Below, in pieces: positions 27,638 through 38,397 of a DNA stretch of 64,000 bases. Made by a program: the position numbers and the translations under genes. Position 1 is the first letter of the stretch. Each line of letters starts with the position of its first letter. The notes below the pieces were generated by a model. That model was not told the DNA's origin and did no database searches. It was given only the letters and a program-made list of their open reading frames with translations. Source of the DNA: an uncultured Chloroflexia bacterium (GTDB lineage: Bacteria > Chloroflexota > Limnocylindria > Limnocylindrales > CSP1-4); contig CAVRFC010000002.1 in NCBI GenBank assembly GCA_963720315.1, positions 22,252-86,251 on the forward strand, written 5' to 3'.

Positions 27638-28824
27638 GTCGAGACGTCCGGGTCGATTCCGGGCGCGGGTTCGCGGGGCACCCGGACCGGCCGTCCTTCC
27701 CGTTGCTCGACCCGTTTCGCCGCCCTGGTCGCGACCGGCGACGGTTCCCGGCTAATTGCGAGGAAGTGGAAAAAGAAGGCCGAGATGACGGCCGCGATCG
27801 GGATGCCGAAGATCGCCCCCGTCACGCCCGCGATCTTGGAGCCTATGAGGACCGAGCCGAGGACCACGATCGGGTGGATGCCGACCGACTCCTGCATGAG
27901 CCGCGGCTGCAGGAGGTTCATGACGAGCAGCCAGCCGACGCCCATGAGGATGAAGGCGGGAATCGTGGCGCTCGGCACCGCGAGCAGCGCCACGATGACC
28001 GGTGGCGCCCATGCGATGAATGGTCCGAAGAAGGGGATCGCCATGAGGGCGCCGGCGAGCACCGTCGTCACGGCGAGATAGGGAAGGCCGAGGACCGCAC
28101 TCGTCACGGCGGCAACCGCTGCATAGACGACACCGAGGATCGCCTGGCCGCGCAGGAACCCGCCGAAGGAGCGGGCGACGCTCGTTTCGAGGAGACGGGC
28201 CTCCTCCTTGTAGCTGGGCGGTACGAGCCGGAAGAGGAACGACAGGATGTCGTTCCGGTCGATGACCATGTAGAGCGACAGGATCAGGACGATGAGGAGA
28301 TTGCCCATCGCGCCGAGGCTCGCGACCGCAAGCTGCTGCACCGGACCTGCCAGCTGGATCGCATAGACGGCGATGTTGTCGAGGAAGCTGATCGCCTGGT
28401 CTGCCAGGCGGACCTGGTTGAGCCCGAGCGCGTCGAGCCGCTCCTGCCACGGCTGCATGAGTCCCGGCAGGTCGTCGCGGAGCGTCGGCACGCTTGCGAC
28501 GAAGTCGGCGATCGACTGGGCGAGCGCCCCGGCAATCAGGACGACGACGAGCACCATGGCGCCGACCATCGCCGCGTAGACGAGTACGACCGCGCCGACT
28601 CGCGGCAGGACCGGGATGAGGCGGGTGAGGCCCGCAACGACCGGGCTGAGGATGAACGCGAGGAGCCAGGCCAGGAAAAAGACGAGGACGATGTCGCCGA
28701 ACGCGAAGAAGATCGACGCGATGAGGCTCACCAAGACGAGGCCGAGGGTGAGTGTCCCGAGGACGAGAACGGCCGTCACCCAGCGGCGCTGCCGTTCGGT
28801 CACCACTGTCATCGTCGGGCGCAC
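27634..28824 (-). CDS. AI-2E family (PerM/UPF0118) transporter
   Basis: 396-aa polytopic membrane protein with typical AI-2E family sequence (...FGGFLRGQAILGVVYAAVAAV...IPFFGPFIAWAPPVIVALL...). Confidence 0.75.
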   Translation of the reverse strand: MRPTMTVVTERQRRWVTAVLVLGTLTLGLVLVSLIASIFFAFGDIVLVFFLAWLLAFILSPVVAGLTRLIPVLPRVGAVVLVYAAMVGAMVLVVVLIAGALAQSIADFVASVPTLRDDLPGLMQPWQERLDALGLNQVRLADQAISFLDNIAVYAIQLAGPVQQLAVASLGAMGNLLIVLILSLYMVIDRNDILSFLFRLVPPSYKEEARLLETSVARSFGGFLRGQAILGVVYAAVAAVTSAVLGLPYLAVTTVLAGALMAIPFFGPFIAWAPPVIVALLAVPSATIPAFILMGVGWLLVMNLLQPRLMQESVGIHPIVVLGSVLIGSKIAGVTGAIFGIPIAAVISAFFFHFLAISREPSPVATRAAKRVEQREGRPVRVPREPAPGIDPDVST

Positions 28825-28934
28825 CTCGCGCGGCGGGCTGGCCGCCTGGGCGGGAGGGGGCGGTGCCCCATCCCTTCGGCGCCATGGTAGTCCGCCCCGA
28901 TCACCAGCCGCTAACCAGCCGATCTCCGGCCGAT

Positions 28935-29954
28935 CTAGCGCAGACCCATTCGGCGGCGGACTTCGTCCATCGTCGCCTCAGCCTTCGGCCGCAGCCTGTC
29001 GGCGCCCCCCTCGAGTGCTCCGTCGATCCGCTCCGGGTGGTCGAGCAGCTCCAGGTAGCGCTCGCGGGCCGGGGCGTAGTGGGCAATGATCCGCTCCGCG
29101 AGCAGGCGCTTCGTGTCGACGCAGCCGGTCCGGGCGGTGCGCTCGCCGTCCCAGATCTCCTCGTAGTCGGGCCCGAAGAAGCGGTGCAGCTGGCAGACGT
29201 TGCAGACCTCAGGCCGGCCCGGATCGGTTCGCAGGATGCGCTGCGTGTCGGTGACCATCGACATGACCTGACTGCGGATAACTTCCGGCTCGGCGAGGAC
29301 TTCGATCGTGTTGCCGACCGACTTGCTCATCTTCTTCACGCCATCGGTTCCCAGGACCGTCGGGGCCTCCGTATAGACGGCCTCCGGCTCGAGGAAGGTC
29401 ACGCCATAGCGGTTGTTGAACGCGCGGACGATCTCGCGGCTGAGCTCGAGGTGGGCGGCCTGGTCCCGGCCGACGGGAACCCGGTCGGCGTGGTAGATGA
29501 CGATGTCGGCGGCCTGCAGGATCGGGTACGTGAGGAGGGCGTGGTTGACGTCGTCCGGCTGCTGGAGCTTCTTCTCCTTGTAGGACGGCGTTCGCTCGAC
29601 CCAGCTGACGGGAGTGACGGTCGCCAGTAGCCAGGCGAGCTCCGTGTGTTCCGGACGGTGGCTCTGGACGAAGAGCGTGCACTGGTCGGGATCGAGCCCG
29701 AGGGCGAGGAGCGACGCGGCCATGTCGCGCGTCCGTGAGCGCAGCGCGTCGGGATCGTGGAGGCTCGTCAGCGCGTGGTAGTCGACGATGCAGTAGATCG
29801 CCTCGAACTGGCTCTGGAGCGCGACATAGTTGCGGATCGCCCCGAGGTCGTTGCCGAGGTGGACGACGCCGGACGGCTGGATCCCGCTGAAGATCCGGTG
29901 CCTGGGCAAGGCTGCTTCGGCCGGCGCAGGGGCGGGTTCGAGGGCAGTCGTCAT
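28935..29954 (-). CDS. trpS: Tryptophan--tRNA ligase
   Basis: IFSGIQPSGVVHLGN (HIGH-type) and KKMSKS motifs. The track ORF starts at 29999. I prefer ATG 29954 (MTTALEP...) because the long form leaves only 11 bp to the divergent hom ORF. Confidence 0.85.
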   Translation of the reverse strand: MTTALEPAPAPAEAALPRHRIFSGIQPSGVVHLGNDLGAIRNYVALQSQFEAIYCIVDYHALTSLHDPDALRSRTRDMAASLLALGLDPDQCTLFVQSHRPEHTELAWLLATVTPVSWVERTPSYKEKKLQQPDDVNHALLTYPILQAADIVIYHADRVPVGRDQAAHLELSREIVRAFNNRYGVTFLEPEAVYTEAPTVLGTDGVKKMSKSVGNTIEVLAEPEVIRSQVMSMVTDTQRILRTDPGRPEVCNVCQLHRFFGPDYEEIWDGERTARTGCVDTKRLLAERIIAHYAPARERYLELLDHPERIDGALEGGADRLRPKAEATMDEVRRRMGLR

Positions 29955-30049
29955 GGCTGGCGAGTGTAGCGGAGCGCGGACCGCGCGCTCGGCTACCATC
30001 AGCAGGAGATGTGCCCACAGTCTTGTCGCGCCCCGATGAGCCGAATCGG

Positions 30050-31129
30050 ATGAGCACCGCCCAGTTTCGCGTGGCCGTGCTCGGTGCGGGGACCGTCGGT
30101 CGTGAGGTGGTCCGCGCCTTCGAGCAGTGGCCCGATCGCCTGGGAAATGATGGCGGCCCCCGGCTCGAGCTCGTCGGGATCGCGGTCCGGGACGTCGACG
30201 GCGCTCGGCGCCGCGGCCTGCCGCCCGGCCTGCTGACGGACGCCCCGGCCCATCTCGTCGCCGACCCCGACACGGATGTCATCGTCGAGCTGATGGGCGG
30301 CGCCGAGCCGGCGCACACCCTCATCGCGGCGGCCCTCGGCTCGGGAAAGGCGGTCGTCACCGCGAACAAGCACGTCATCGCCCATCACGGGCCAGAGCTG
30401 GAGGCGGTCGCCCGGCGATCCGGCGCCGCGCTCCGCTTCGAGGCCGCGGTCGGCGGTGGAATCCCGGTTCTCGGGCCGCTCGCAGCCGAGCTCGCGGGAA
30501 ACCGCGTCGTCGCCGTTCGGGGCATCGTCAACGGCACGACGAATTACATCCTGACCGCGATGACCGACGAGGGCCGCGGCTACGAGGAAGTCCTGGCTGC
30601 CGCTCAGGCCGCGGGTTACGCGGAGGCCGATCCGGCCGGCGATGTCGAGGGCCACGATGCCGTCAACAAGCTCGTCATACTCGCCCGCCTCGCGTTCGGG
30701 GTCTGGATCGATCCGGCCGACGTATCGACGATCGCGCCCGCAGCAGGTCCGGGAAGCGGCCGGCCGGGCATCACCGGGGTGACGTCGGACGACATCGCGG
30801 CAGCGGCGGGCGACGGCAAGGTGATCAAGCTCCTTGCCTTCGCCGAGCGGTCGGGCGACGGTGTCACGGCCTCGGTCGTGCCGACGCTCCTCGCGAGGGA
30901 CTCCGCCCTCGGCCGAACAGGGGGCGTCCTGAACCGGATCGAGATCGAGGCGGAGCCGGTTGGGACGGTGGCGTTCAGTGGCCCCGGCGCGGGCGGCGCG
31001 GCGACGTCGAGTGCGGTTCTCGGGGACCTGCTGGCGATCGCGCGCGAGGCCGGCAGCACCTGGGCGGGCCTGCCGATCGCGGGCCGACTGGCCCCTGCCG
31101 ACGGCCGCATGGCACCTATGGCTCGATGA
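30050..31129 (+). CDS. hom: Homoserine dehydrogenase
   Basis: FRVAVLGAGTVGREV NAD-binding N-terminus and a C-terminal ACT-like region. Track start is GTG 30011; ATG 30050 (MSTAQF...) is preferred. Confidence 0.85.
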   Translation: MSTAQFRVAVLGAGTVGREVVRAFEQWPDRLGNDGGPRLELVGIAVRDVDGARRRGLPPGLLTDAPAHLVADPDTDVIVELMGGAEPAHTLIAAALGSGKAVVTANKHVIAHHGPELEAVARRSGAALRFEAAVGGGIPVLGPLAAELAGNRVVAVRGIVNGTTNYILTAMTDEGRGYEEVLAAAQAAGYAEADPAGDVEGHDAVNKLVILARLAFGVWIDPADVSTIAPAAGPGSGRPGITGVTSDDIAAAAGDGKVIKLLAFAERSGDGVTASVVPTLLARDSALGRTGGVLNRIEIEAEPVGTVAFSGPGAGGAATSSAVLGDLLAIAREAGSTWAGLPIAGRLAPADGRMAPMAR

Positions 31130-32215
31130 GTCGGAACGCGGCAATGCAATCGGCTCGGCCCAGCCTCGTGTCGCGCTACCAGGCTCACCTGCCGATCACG
31201 GACGCGACGCCGGAACTGACGCTCGGCGAAGGTTTCACGCCGCTCGTCCGGCTCGGTCGCATCGGCGAGCGGATCGGCCTTTCGAATCTCTACGCCAAGG
31301 TCGAGGGCCAGAACCCGACCGGCTCGTTCAAGGACCGCGGCATGGTCGTCGCGGTGGCGAAGGCGCTCGAGGAAGGGGCGCAGGCGATCATCTGCGCGTC
31401 GACCGGCAACACATCGGCGTCCGCGGCAGCGTACGGTGCCCACGCGGGCCTCGAGGTCGTCGTCGTCCTGCCCCGTGGCCAGATCGCGACCGGCAAGCTC
31501 CTCCAGGCGGTCATCGCCGGCGCCCGCGTCGTCGCCATCGATGCCAACTTCGACGCGGCCCTCGGCGTCGTCCGTGCGCTTGCCGAGCAGGACCACCATC
31601 CGGTCACGATCGTCAACTCGATCAATCCGTTCCGGATCGCGGGCCAGAAGACAGGCGCGTTCGAGATCTGCGACGACCTTGGGCCGGGCGCCCGACATCC
31701 TGGCGATCCCGGTCGGCAATGCCGGCAACATCAGCGCCTACTGGGCGGGTTTCCGCGAGTACGCCGCCGCTGGCGTCGTCGAGACGCGACCGCGGATGTT
31801 CGGCTTCCAGGCCGCGGGCGCGGCACCCCTCGTCCTCGGCCGGCCGGTCGAGAAGCCCGACACGGTCGCGACGGCGATCCGGATCGGCAATCCGGCGTCA
31901 TGGTCCAGCGCGATCGAGGCGCGCGACGAGAGCGGCGGGATGATCGAGGCGGTTTCGGACGACGAGATCCTCGACGCGTACCGCCGCCTCGCGACCGACG
32001 AGGGGATCTTCTGCGAGCCGTCGTCGGCGACGAGCGTCGCGGGCATCGCGAAGGTGGCCGCGCGGGGCGGTATTCCCCGGGATGCGCTCGTCGTGTGCGT
32101 CCTTACCGGCAGCGGCCTGAAGGATCCCGCCACAGCGGAGTCGTCGGCGGCGACCGGCGCCATCCTCGAAGCCGAACCGACGGTCGGCTCGGTCGCGGTG
32201 GCGCTCGGATGGTGA
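31126..32215 (+). pseudogene. thrC: Threonine synthase, one frameshift at about 31681..31686
   Basis: PLP-lysine motif PTGSFKDRG. ...FEICDDLG continues as RAPDILAIPVGNAGNISAYW... in track ORF 31436..32215. An extra G lies in the GGG run at 31681..31683. ATGA overlap with hom. Confidence 0.85.
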
Positions 32216-33171
32216 CGAACTGGCTGGCCGAGCTCGACGGGCGGCGGGTGACCGTCGAGGTCCCGGCGTCGAGCGCGAACCTCGGCGCGGGCTACGACTG
32301 CCTGGCCGTGGCGCTCGGGCTGACGAACCGGGTCGAGGTGGAGGTTCGCGGCTGGAGCCGCGGCGAGATCGAGCTCGCGGTCGAGGGCGAGGGCGAGGAC
32401 GAGCTGACCGAGGACCGCGAGAACCGCTGCGTCCAGGGCATTGAGGCCGCGCTGCGCGCGGTCCGCGGCGAGATGCCCGAGGGCGTCGGCTGGCGGATCG
32501 AGATGCACAACGAGATCCCGCTCGCCCGGGGCCTGGGTTCGTCGGCGGCGGCGACGATCGCGGGCCTCGTGGCCGGGAACGCCCTTCTCGGCGAGCCGCT
32601 GACGAGCCCGGACCTGCTGCGCCTCGCGAACGAGATCGAGGGCCATCCGGACAACGCCGCGGCCGCGCTCCACGGCGGGTTCGTGGTCAGCGCCGCAATC
32701 GACGGCACGGTTGAGGCGCTCCGCTTCGACGCGCCGCGCGATCTTCGTGCCGTCTTGTTCATCCCGGACCTTCGTCTGTCCACCGCCGAGATGCGATCCG
32801 TGCTTCCGGACAAGGTCCCGCGGGAGGACGCGGTCTCCAATCTGACGCGCCTGGCGATCGGCGTTGCCGGGATGTCAATCGGGCGGTTCGACCTGCTACG
32901 CGTTCTCACGGTCGATCGACTCCACGAGCAGTACCGGGCGGCGGCCTTCCCGCAGCTCCCGCGACTCATCCAGTCGGCCCTGGATGCCGGCGCGATCGGG
33001 GCCTGCCTGTCTGGCGCCGGCTCGACCGTGATTGCGTTTTCCGATTCGGTTCGCACGATCACCCGGATCGAGGGTGCCTTCACCGCGGCTTCGGTCGACA
33101 CCGACTTGCCGGGCAGGAACGTCGTCGTCTCGCCTCGCAACCAGGGAGCGCAGGTCATCGACCGGCGCTGA
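32209..33171 (+). CDS. thrB: Homoserine kinase
   Basis: VPASSANLGAGYDCLAVAL and the GHMP motif PLARGLGSSAAATIAG. ATG 32209 overlaps the thrC stop (32213..32215). Confidence 0.85.
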   Translation: MVTNWLAELDGRRVTVEVPASSANLGAGYDCLAVALGLTNRVEVEVRGWSRGEIELAVEGEGEDELTEDRENRCVQGIEAALRAVRGEMPEGVGWRIEMHNEIPLARGLGSSAAATIAGLVAGNALLGEPLTSPDLLRLANEIEGHPDNAAAALHGGFVVSAAIDGTVEALRFDAPRDLRAVLFIPDLRLSTAEMRSVLPDKVPREDAVSNLTRLAIGVAGMSIGRFDLLRVLTVDRLHEQYRAAAFPQLPRLIQSALDAGAIGACLSGAGSTVIAFSDSVRTITRIEGAFTAASVDTDLPGRNVVVSPRNQGAQVIDRR

Positions 33172-33207
33172 GGCCGTTCTCTCCGCTGAGGGGGCGCTCC
33201 GATCGAC

Positions 33208-33972
33208 CTAGGTGTGGGCGCGGATGAACCCGAGAACCTCGGCCCAGGACTGTTCGGATTCCTGCTTGAACGCGGCGGCCTTGCGGTCGAAGAAGCTGTG
33301 CGGAGCATTCGGATAGGTGATGAGCTGGTGCTCGACGCCGGCCCGCTCGAGGGCCGTGTCGAACGCTTCGATCGCTGACGGCGGGATGCTCTCGTCGGCG
33401 CCGCCGAAGAGGCCGAGGATAGGCGACGCGATCCGATCCGCGACGTCAGCCGGCGCCGGCGATCCGGCCCGGCCCGGTCCGACGGGCGGTCCGTAGAAGC
33501 CGATCGCGCCGGCCAGCTCCAGCCCGAGCGTGGGCGACAGGAACGACATCCGGCCGCCGAAGCAGAACCCAATCGTAAACAGCGACGCGGCACGCTCGGG
33601 ACCGAACGACCGGGCGTGGCTGGCGCCGGCGGTGATGTCCGCCATAACGCCCGGCCATGTCGTCTGGTTGACGTGCGGCATGTAGTCGAAGCCGTCCTCC
33701 CGCCGCCCGAGCCCAGCCGTTCGCCCGAACCAGTCGATCGCGACCGCGTCGATGCCGTTCTCGGCGAATCGCAGCGCGAGCTCGTAGTAGTAGGCGTGCA
33801 GCCCGCGGACGTCGGGCAGGATGAGGATCGAGGCGCCTGACGGGTCGGCGGCCTTCGCCTCGAACGCCGTCAGGCGGTTGCCATCGGCCGCCGTCAGCGT
33901 TACCTCGCGCGAGTCGAGCGCGCCGCCGGCGATCGGCCGGATCGGCGGCCGCGAGTCATGGTCGAAGCACAT
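33208..33972 (-). CDS. Dienelactone hydrolase family protein
   Basis: MCFDHDSRPPI...ILILPDVRGLH...nucleophile elbow GFCFGG...PHSF. ATG 33972 is preceded by GGAG. The rest of the 405-aa track ORF is antisense to lysC. Confidence 0.8.
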   Translation of the reverse strand: MCFDHDSRPPIRPIAGGALDSREVTLTAADGNRLTAFEAKAADPSGASILILPDVRGLHAYYYELALRFAENGIDAVAIDWFGRTAGLGRREDGFDYMPHVNQTTWPGVMADITAGASHARSFGPERAASLFTIGFCFGGRMSFLSPTLGLELAGAIGFYGPPVGPGRAGSPAPADVADRIASPILGLFGGADESIPPSAIEAFDTALERAGVEHQLITYPNAPHSFFDRKAAAFKQESEQSWAEVLGFIRAHT

Positions 33973-34044
33973 CGGGATGTCTCCTGGCAATTCGGATGTG
34001 ATCGGACACGCCCGGGCTCTCCCGGGGCGGCTGAACGTGCGGGG

Positions 34045-34050
34045 TAGAAT
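34045..34050 (+). promoter_or_regulatory. -10-like hexamer TAGAAT, 6 nt upstream of the lysC ATG
   Basis: TAGAAT at 34045..34050 and ATG at 34057, with no Shine-Dalgarno. Confidence 0.35.
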
Positions 34051-34056
34051 GCGTCG

Positions 34057-35330
34057 ATGCCTGCCCCGCTCGTCGTCCAGAAGTTCGGCGGGTCGAGCCT
34101 CGCCGACGCCGATCGGATCCGGCGCGTTGCCCGGCGGATCGCCCGCGAACGCGCCGCCGGCGCCGACCTCGTCGTGGTCGTCTCGGCGATGGGCGACACG
34201 ACGGACGAGCTGCTCAGCCTGGCCGCGGCGATCACCGACACGCCCGACGAGCGCGAGCTCGACATGCTCCTCGCGACCGGCGAGCACCAGAGCGCGACGC
34301 TCGTCTCGATGGCCCTCCACGCCCTCGGGCGTCAAGGCGATCAGCCTGAGCGGGCCGCAGGCCGGCATCACCACCGACGGCCGCCACGGCAAGGCCCGGA
34401 TCGCCAGCATCGAACCGGCTCGCATCCGTCGCGAGCTCGACGAGCCGGCAAGGTCGTGATCGTCGCCGGCTTCCAGGGCCGGACGCGAAGGAGACGACGA
34501 TCCACGCCTCAGACATCACGACGCTCGGCCGGGGCGGCTGCGACACGACCGCGATCGCCCTGGCCGCCCGCCTCGGCGCGGACCGCTGCCAGATCTTCAC
34601 CGACGTCCGCGGCATCTACACTGCCGATCCGCGCCTCGTCCCGATGGCCCGCCAGCTCGACATCATCGGCTACGAGGAGATGCTCGAGCTCGCCCACCAG
34701 GGCGCCCAGGTCATGCAGACCCGGGCAGTCGAGCTCGGCTGGGTCAACGACGTCGTCATCGAGGTCCTCAGCTCGTTCGAGGACGCCCCCGGCACGCTCA
34801 TCAAGGAGGACCCGCTCGTGGAGCAGCGGAACAAGGTTCGCGGCCTGGCCCACGACCGCAACGTCGCCAAGGTCACGCTCGTCGAGGTGCCGGACCAGCC
34901 TGGCGTGGCGGCGTCGGTCTTCGCAGCCGCTCGCGGACGCCGGTATCAACGTCGACATGATCGTCCAGAACATCGGCCACGGCGGCGCGACGGACCTGAG
35001 CTTCACGATCCCGCAGGTCGAGCTGGCCAAGGCGAAGCGGATCCTCGATCCCGTCGCCCGCGAGCTCGGTTTCCGCGAGCTGACGACCGATTCGTCGGTC
35101 GCGAAGGTCTCGATCGTCGGCGCCGGGATCCAGAACGCACCCGGCTACGCCGCTCGGATGTTCGACGCCCTCGCCGACGCCGGCGTCAACATCGAGATGA
35201 TCTCGACCTCGGAGATCCGGATCACGACGATCATCGCCGAGGACGCCCTGGAAACTGCGGTTCGGGCACTCCACGCAGGCGTTCGAGCTCGAGCGTCCGG
35301 AGACGATCGAAGCCGCCGCGGCCAGGCTGA
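34057..35330 (+). pseudogene. lysC: Aspartate kinase, at least 5 frameshifts (about 34328, 34443, 34480, 34920, 35278)
   Basis: [21 protein letters not shown]...[14 protein letters not shown], then [17 protein letters not shown]..., [30 protein letters not shown]...[12 protein letters not shown], and the ACT domains [15 protein letters not shown].../[34 protein letters not shown]. All are recognisable but spread over three frames. Confidence 0.8.
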
Positions 35331-35332
35331 CG

Positions 35333-36153
35333 ATGACCGAGGCGCCGCCGTTCATCGCCCGCCAGGAGCGATTCGCCGTCGTCGGCTCGACGAACGACGT
35401 CGTCCGCGGCTGGCTGGCCGACGGCGAGCCCGGAGGTCTGCCTCGCCGTCGCCGACGAGCAGATCGGCGGGTCGCGGGCGGGAGGGCCGGACGTGGACGG
35501 CGCCGCGGGGTCACGCACTGCTGCTGTCGCTCGGCTTCCGGCCGACATGGCTCGGCGCCAGAGCGGCGTCTGGCGGCTGGCCGCGGTGGCCAGTCTCGCG
35601 ATGGCCGATGCGGCTGAGGCCGTCGCCGCGCTGCCGCCGGGCACGATCCGCCTGAAGTGGCCGAACGACCTCGTGGTCGAGCGACGACGGCGCCGCCCGT
35701 AAGCTGGCCGGGGTGCTCGGTGAGACCGACGGTCTCGGGACCGACGATCCGCGGGCCGTCGTCGGGATCGGGGTGAACGCGGACTGGGCCGGCCGATGAA
35801 TTCCCGGCTGAGCTCGCCGGACGCATGACGTCGCTGCGGGCGATCGGCGACGGGCGGCCGGATCGACACCGTGGCGCTGCTCGAGGCGTTCACCTGGACG
35901 CTCGAGACGATGGTCGGGCGCTCCGCGTGGCAGTCTTCGACGCGGCCGGCTGGGCCGACACGCCAGCTGACGAACGGGCGCCTCGTCCGGCTCGATCGGA
36001 CATGACGGTCGCGAGCGACGTCGTCCGGGCGCTCCGCGTCGACCCGGCCACGGGCGCGCTCATCGTCGTGGACCCGGCCGGCACCGGTGCCGGACGCGCG
36101 AGCGTCGTCTGCGGCGAGATCCGCCACCTCCGCCTCGACGGGCGAGCGTGTAA
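35333..36153 (+). pseudogene. birA: Biotin--[acetyl-CoA-carboxylase] ligase, many frameshifts
   Basis: Fragments [44 protein letters not shown] (GRGRxGRxW motif), [29 protein letters not shown] and GEIRHLRL appear in order across different frames. The 3' end (TAA 36151..36153) is inferred. Confidence 0.6.
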
Positions 36154-36157
36154 CAGC

Positions 36158-36806
36158 ATGGCTCGTCCGGTGTTTGGAAGGATCGAGACCGGCAGAGGAG
36201 AGACGGCTCGCCCCGCGTCAGCCCACCTCGATCGGGACCGCGCGCTCGTCGAGCGAGCCCGCGAGGACCCGCCCTCGTTCGACGCCCTCTATCGACAGGT
36301 ACCTGGCCCAGGTGTACAGCTACGCGTTCTACGAGCTCGGCGACCATCACGAAGCCGAGGACGCCACCGAGCGCACGTTCCTCGCCGCCCTCGCGAACCT
36401 CGACCGCTTCGAGGAGCGTGCCCGGCCGGCCGACGGCGACGGCGCCTCGACGTTCCGCGTCTGGCTCTTCCGGATCGCCCGCAACGTCGTCGCGAACCAG
36501 CGGCGGACGCGCCGGCGCCGTCCGGCAGGCGCCGATCGAGGCCGCCGCGCTCGTCGCCGACCCGCTCGACGTCGAGGGCGGCGCGGCGATCCGCGACGAG
36601 GCCGCCGCGGCGTGGCGCGCCGTCGGCCGCCTTCCCGCCGACCGCCGCCGGGCCATCGTCCTGCGCTTCGTCGAGGAGATGTCGACCGCGGAGATCGCCG
36701 GTGTCCTCGGCAGTCGGAGGGCGCGGTTCGCGTGCTCATCCATCGCGCGCTTCGGACCGTCGCTCGCGACCTCGACGTGGCGCCGCCGCTGAGCGACGGC
36801 CGGTGA
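36158..36806 (+). pseudogene. ECF-type sigma-70 family factor, 3 frameshifts (about 36290, 36520, 36710)
   Basis: DRALVERAREDPPSFDALY / DRYLAQVYSYAFYELGDHHEAEDATERTFLAALANLDRF...FRVWLFRIARNVVANQRR / PIEAAALVADP...LPADRRRAIVLRFVEEMSTAEIAGVLG / SEGAVRVLIHRALRTVARDL. Confidence 0.7.
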
Positions 36807-36812
36807 TCGGCG

Positions 36813-37354
36813 ATGACCCCGTTCGAACGCGACGGCATCCGAGGTCGAGGCGCTCCTGACCGATCTCTACCTCGAGCGCGTCCTCGCCCGGGCCGGGACC
36901 GACCTCGGGCCGGCCGACGCCGACGCTCGATCCCGGCCCTCCGGCTCGCCTCCGACCGGCTGCGCCGGGACCTCGACCCGCGTCCATCCGTCGTTCCGAT
37001 TCGAGGAGCGGCTCGCCGTCCGTCTCGCCGAGGCGGCGGCAGCGCCTCAGGCTGCCGGCCGCGGTCGGCGCCGAGGCGAGCGTCGTCTCGTTGGTCGACG
37101 CCGCGCCGCGGCTGCCGACGCCTTCGATCCGTCTCGCCGTTGACGACCCGACGGACGAGCGACGCGAGATCCCCGGCCGCTGCTGATCGGCGGCGCGCTC
37201 ACGTCGGCCGCGCTCTCGCTGGCCGGCGCCGCGTTCGTCGCCTGGCGCTGGACGCCGCCCGGGCGCGCGTCCGCAGCCCGATGGTCCGCGCGGCCCGCGC
37301 CGTCCGCGTGGCTCGCGCCGCGCAGCGGCGCCATCGGCCCGAGGTCTCGACTGA
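36813..37354 (+). pseudogene. Putative membrane anti-sigma factor, frame-disrupted (weak call)
   Basis: It directly follows the sigma gene. Fragments [49 protein letters not shown] and a TM-like [22 protein letters not shown] are found in different frames. The boundaries are guesses. Confidence 0.3.
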
Positions 37355-38298
37355 TGCCGATCAAGCTGCCGTCGTTCCGGCCCCGGCGCGACGCCTACCC
37401 GCCCGATCTCTGGACGAAGTGCCCCTCGTGCGAGGAGATGCTGTTCAACAAGCAGCTCGACAAGGTCCAGCGCGTCTGCCCGTCGTGCGGCCACCACTTC
37501 CGGCTGTCGGCCGACGCTCGGCTCGCGCACTCTCCTCGACCACGGCACGTTCGTCGAGCGGGACGCCGGGTCTGCAGTCGGTCGACCCGCTCGGCTTCGT
37601 CGACCAGAAGGCGTACCCGGACCGGATCGCGGCCGCCCAGCTCGCGACCGGGATGCGCGACGCGGCGGTCTGGGGCACCGGCACGATCGACGGCCGGCCG
37701 GTCGCGATCTGCGTCATGGACTTCGGGTTCATGGGCGGCTCGATGGGCGCCGTCGTCGGCGAGAAGGTGACCCGGGCCGCGGAGCATGCGCTCGATCCAG
37801 CGCCTGCCGCTCATCGTCGTCTCGGCGTCAGGCGGGGCGCGGATGCAGGAGGGAACGCTGGCCCTGATGCAGCTCGCGAAGACCGGTCGCGGCGCTCGAG
37901 CGGCTGCGGGCCGCCGGCGTGCCGTTCATCAGCGTCCTGTCCGACCCGACGACCGGCGGCGTCTTCGCCTCGTTCGCGGTCCTCGGCGACATCAACATCG
38001 CCGAGCCGAACGCGCTCATCGGCTTCGCCGGCGCGCGGGTCACGTCCGGGACGATCGCCCAGGAGCTGCCGGCCGGGCTTCCAGCGCTCGGAGTTCCTGT
38101 TCGAGCACGGGTTCCTCGACCGGGTCGTCCATCGCTCCGAGCTGCGATCGGAGCTCTCCGTGCCTCCTCGGCTACCTCGTGCCGGCCGCCGGCGCGAACG
38201 GCACGCGGACGACGCCGGAGCCGCTCGGGCTGCCGTCGTTCCGGCCGCTGTCGTTCCTGTCGAACCTCGCCGAGCGGGTCATGCCGAGCGAGCCGTGA
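37354..38298 (+). pseudogene. accD: Acetyl-CoA carboxylase carboxyltransferase beta subunit, at least 4 frameshifts
   Basis: Zinc ribbon [16 protein letters not shown]...[12 protein letters not shown], then [20 protein letters not shown]...[68 protein letters not shown] and [17 protein letters not shown] in shifting frames. Confidence 0.8.
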
Positions 38299-38397
38299 GC
38301 CGCCGCCGCCGACCAACGGCGCCGGCGACACGCGATCGTCGCCGCCGAAGGCGCCCGTCGCCACCACGTCGCCCGCCGAGACCACCCGAGCCGAGCC

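Noticed and set aside
31126-33171. 681-aa ORF that looks like a fused ThrC-ThrB protein
   Set aside because: The middle ~170 residues are Arg/Gly-rich nonsense. The real ThrC C-terminus is in another frame (31436..32215). The apparent fusion results from one extra G near 31681..31683 plus the accidental absence of stops until thrB.
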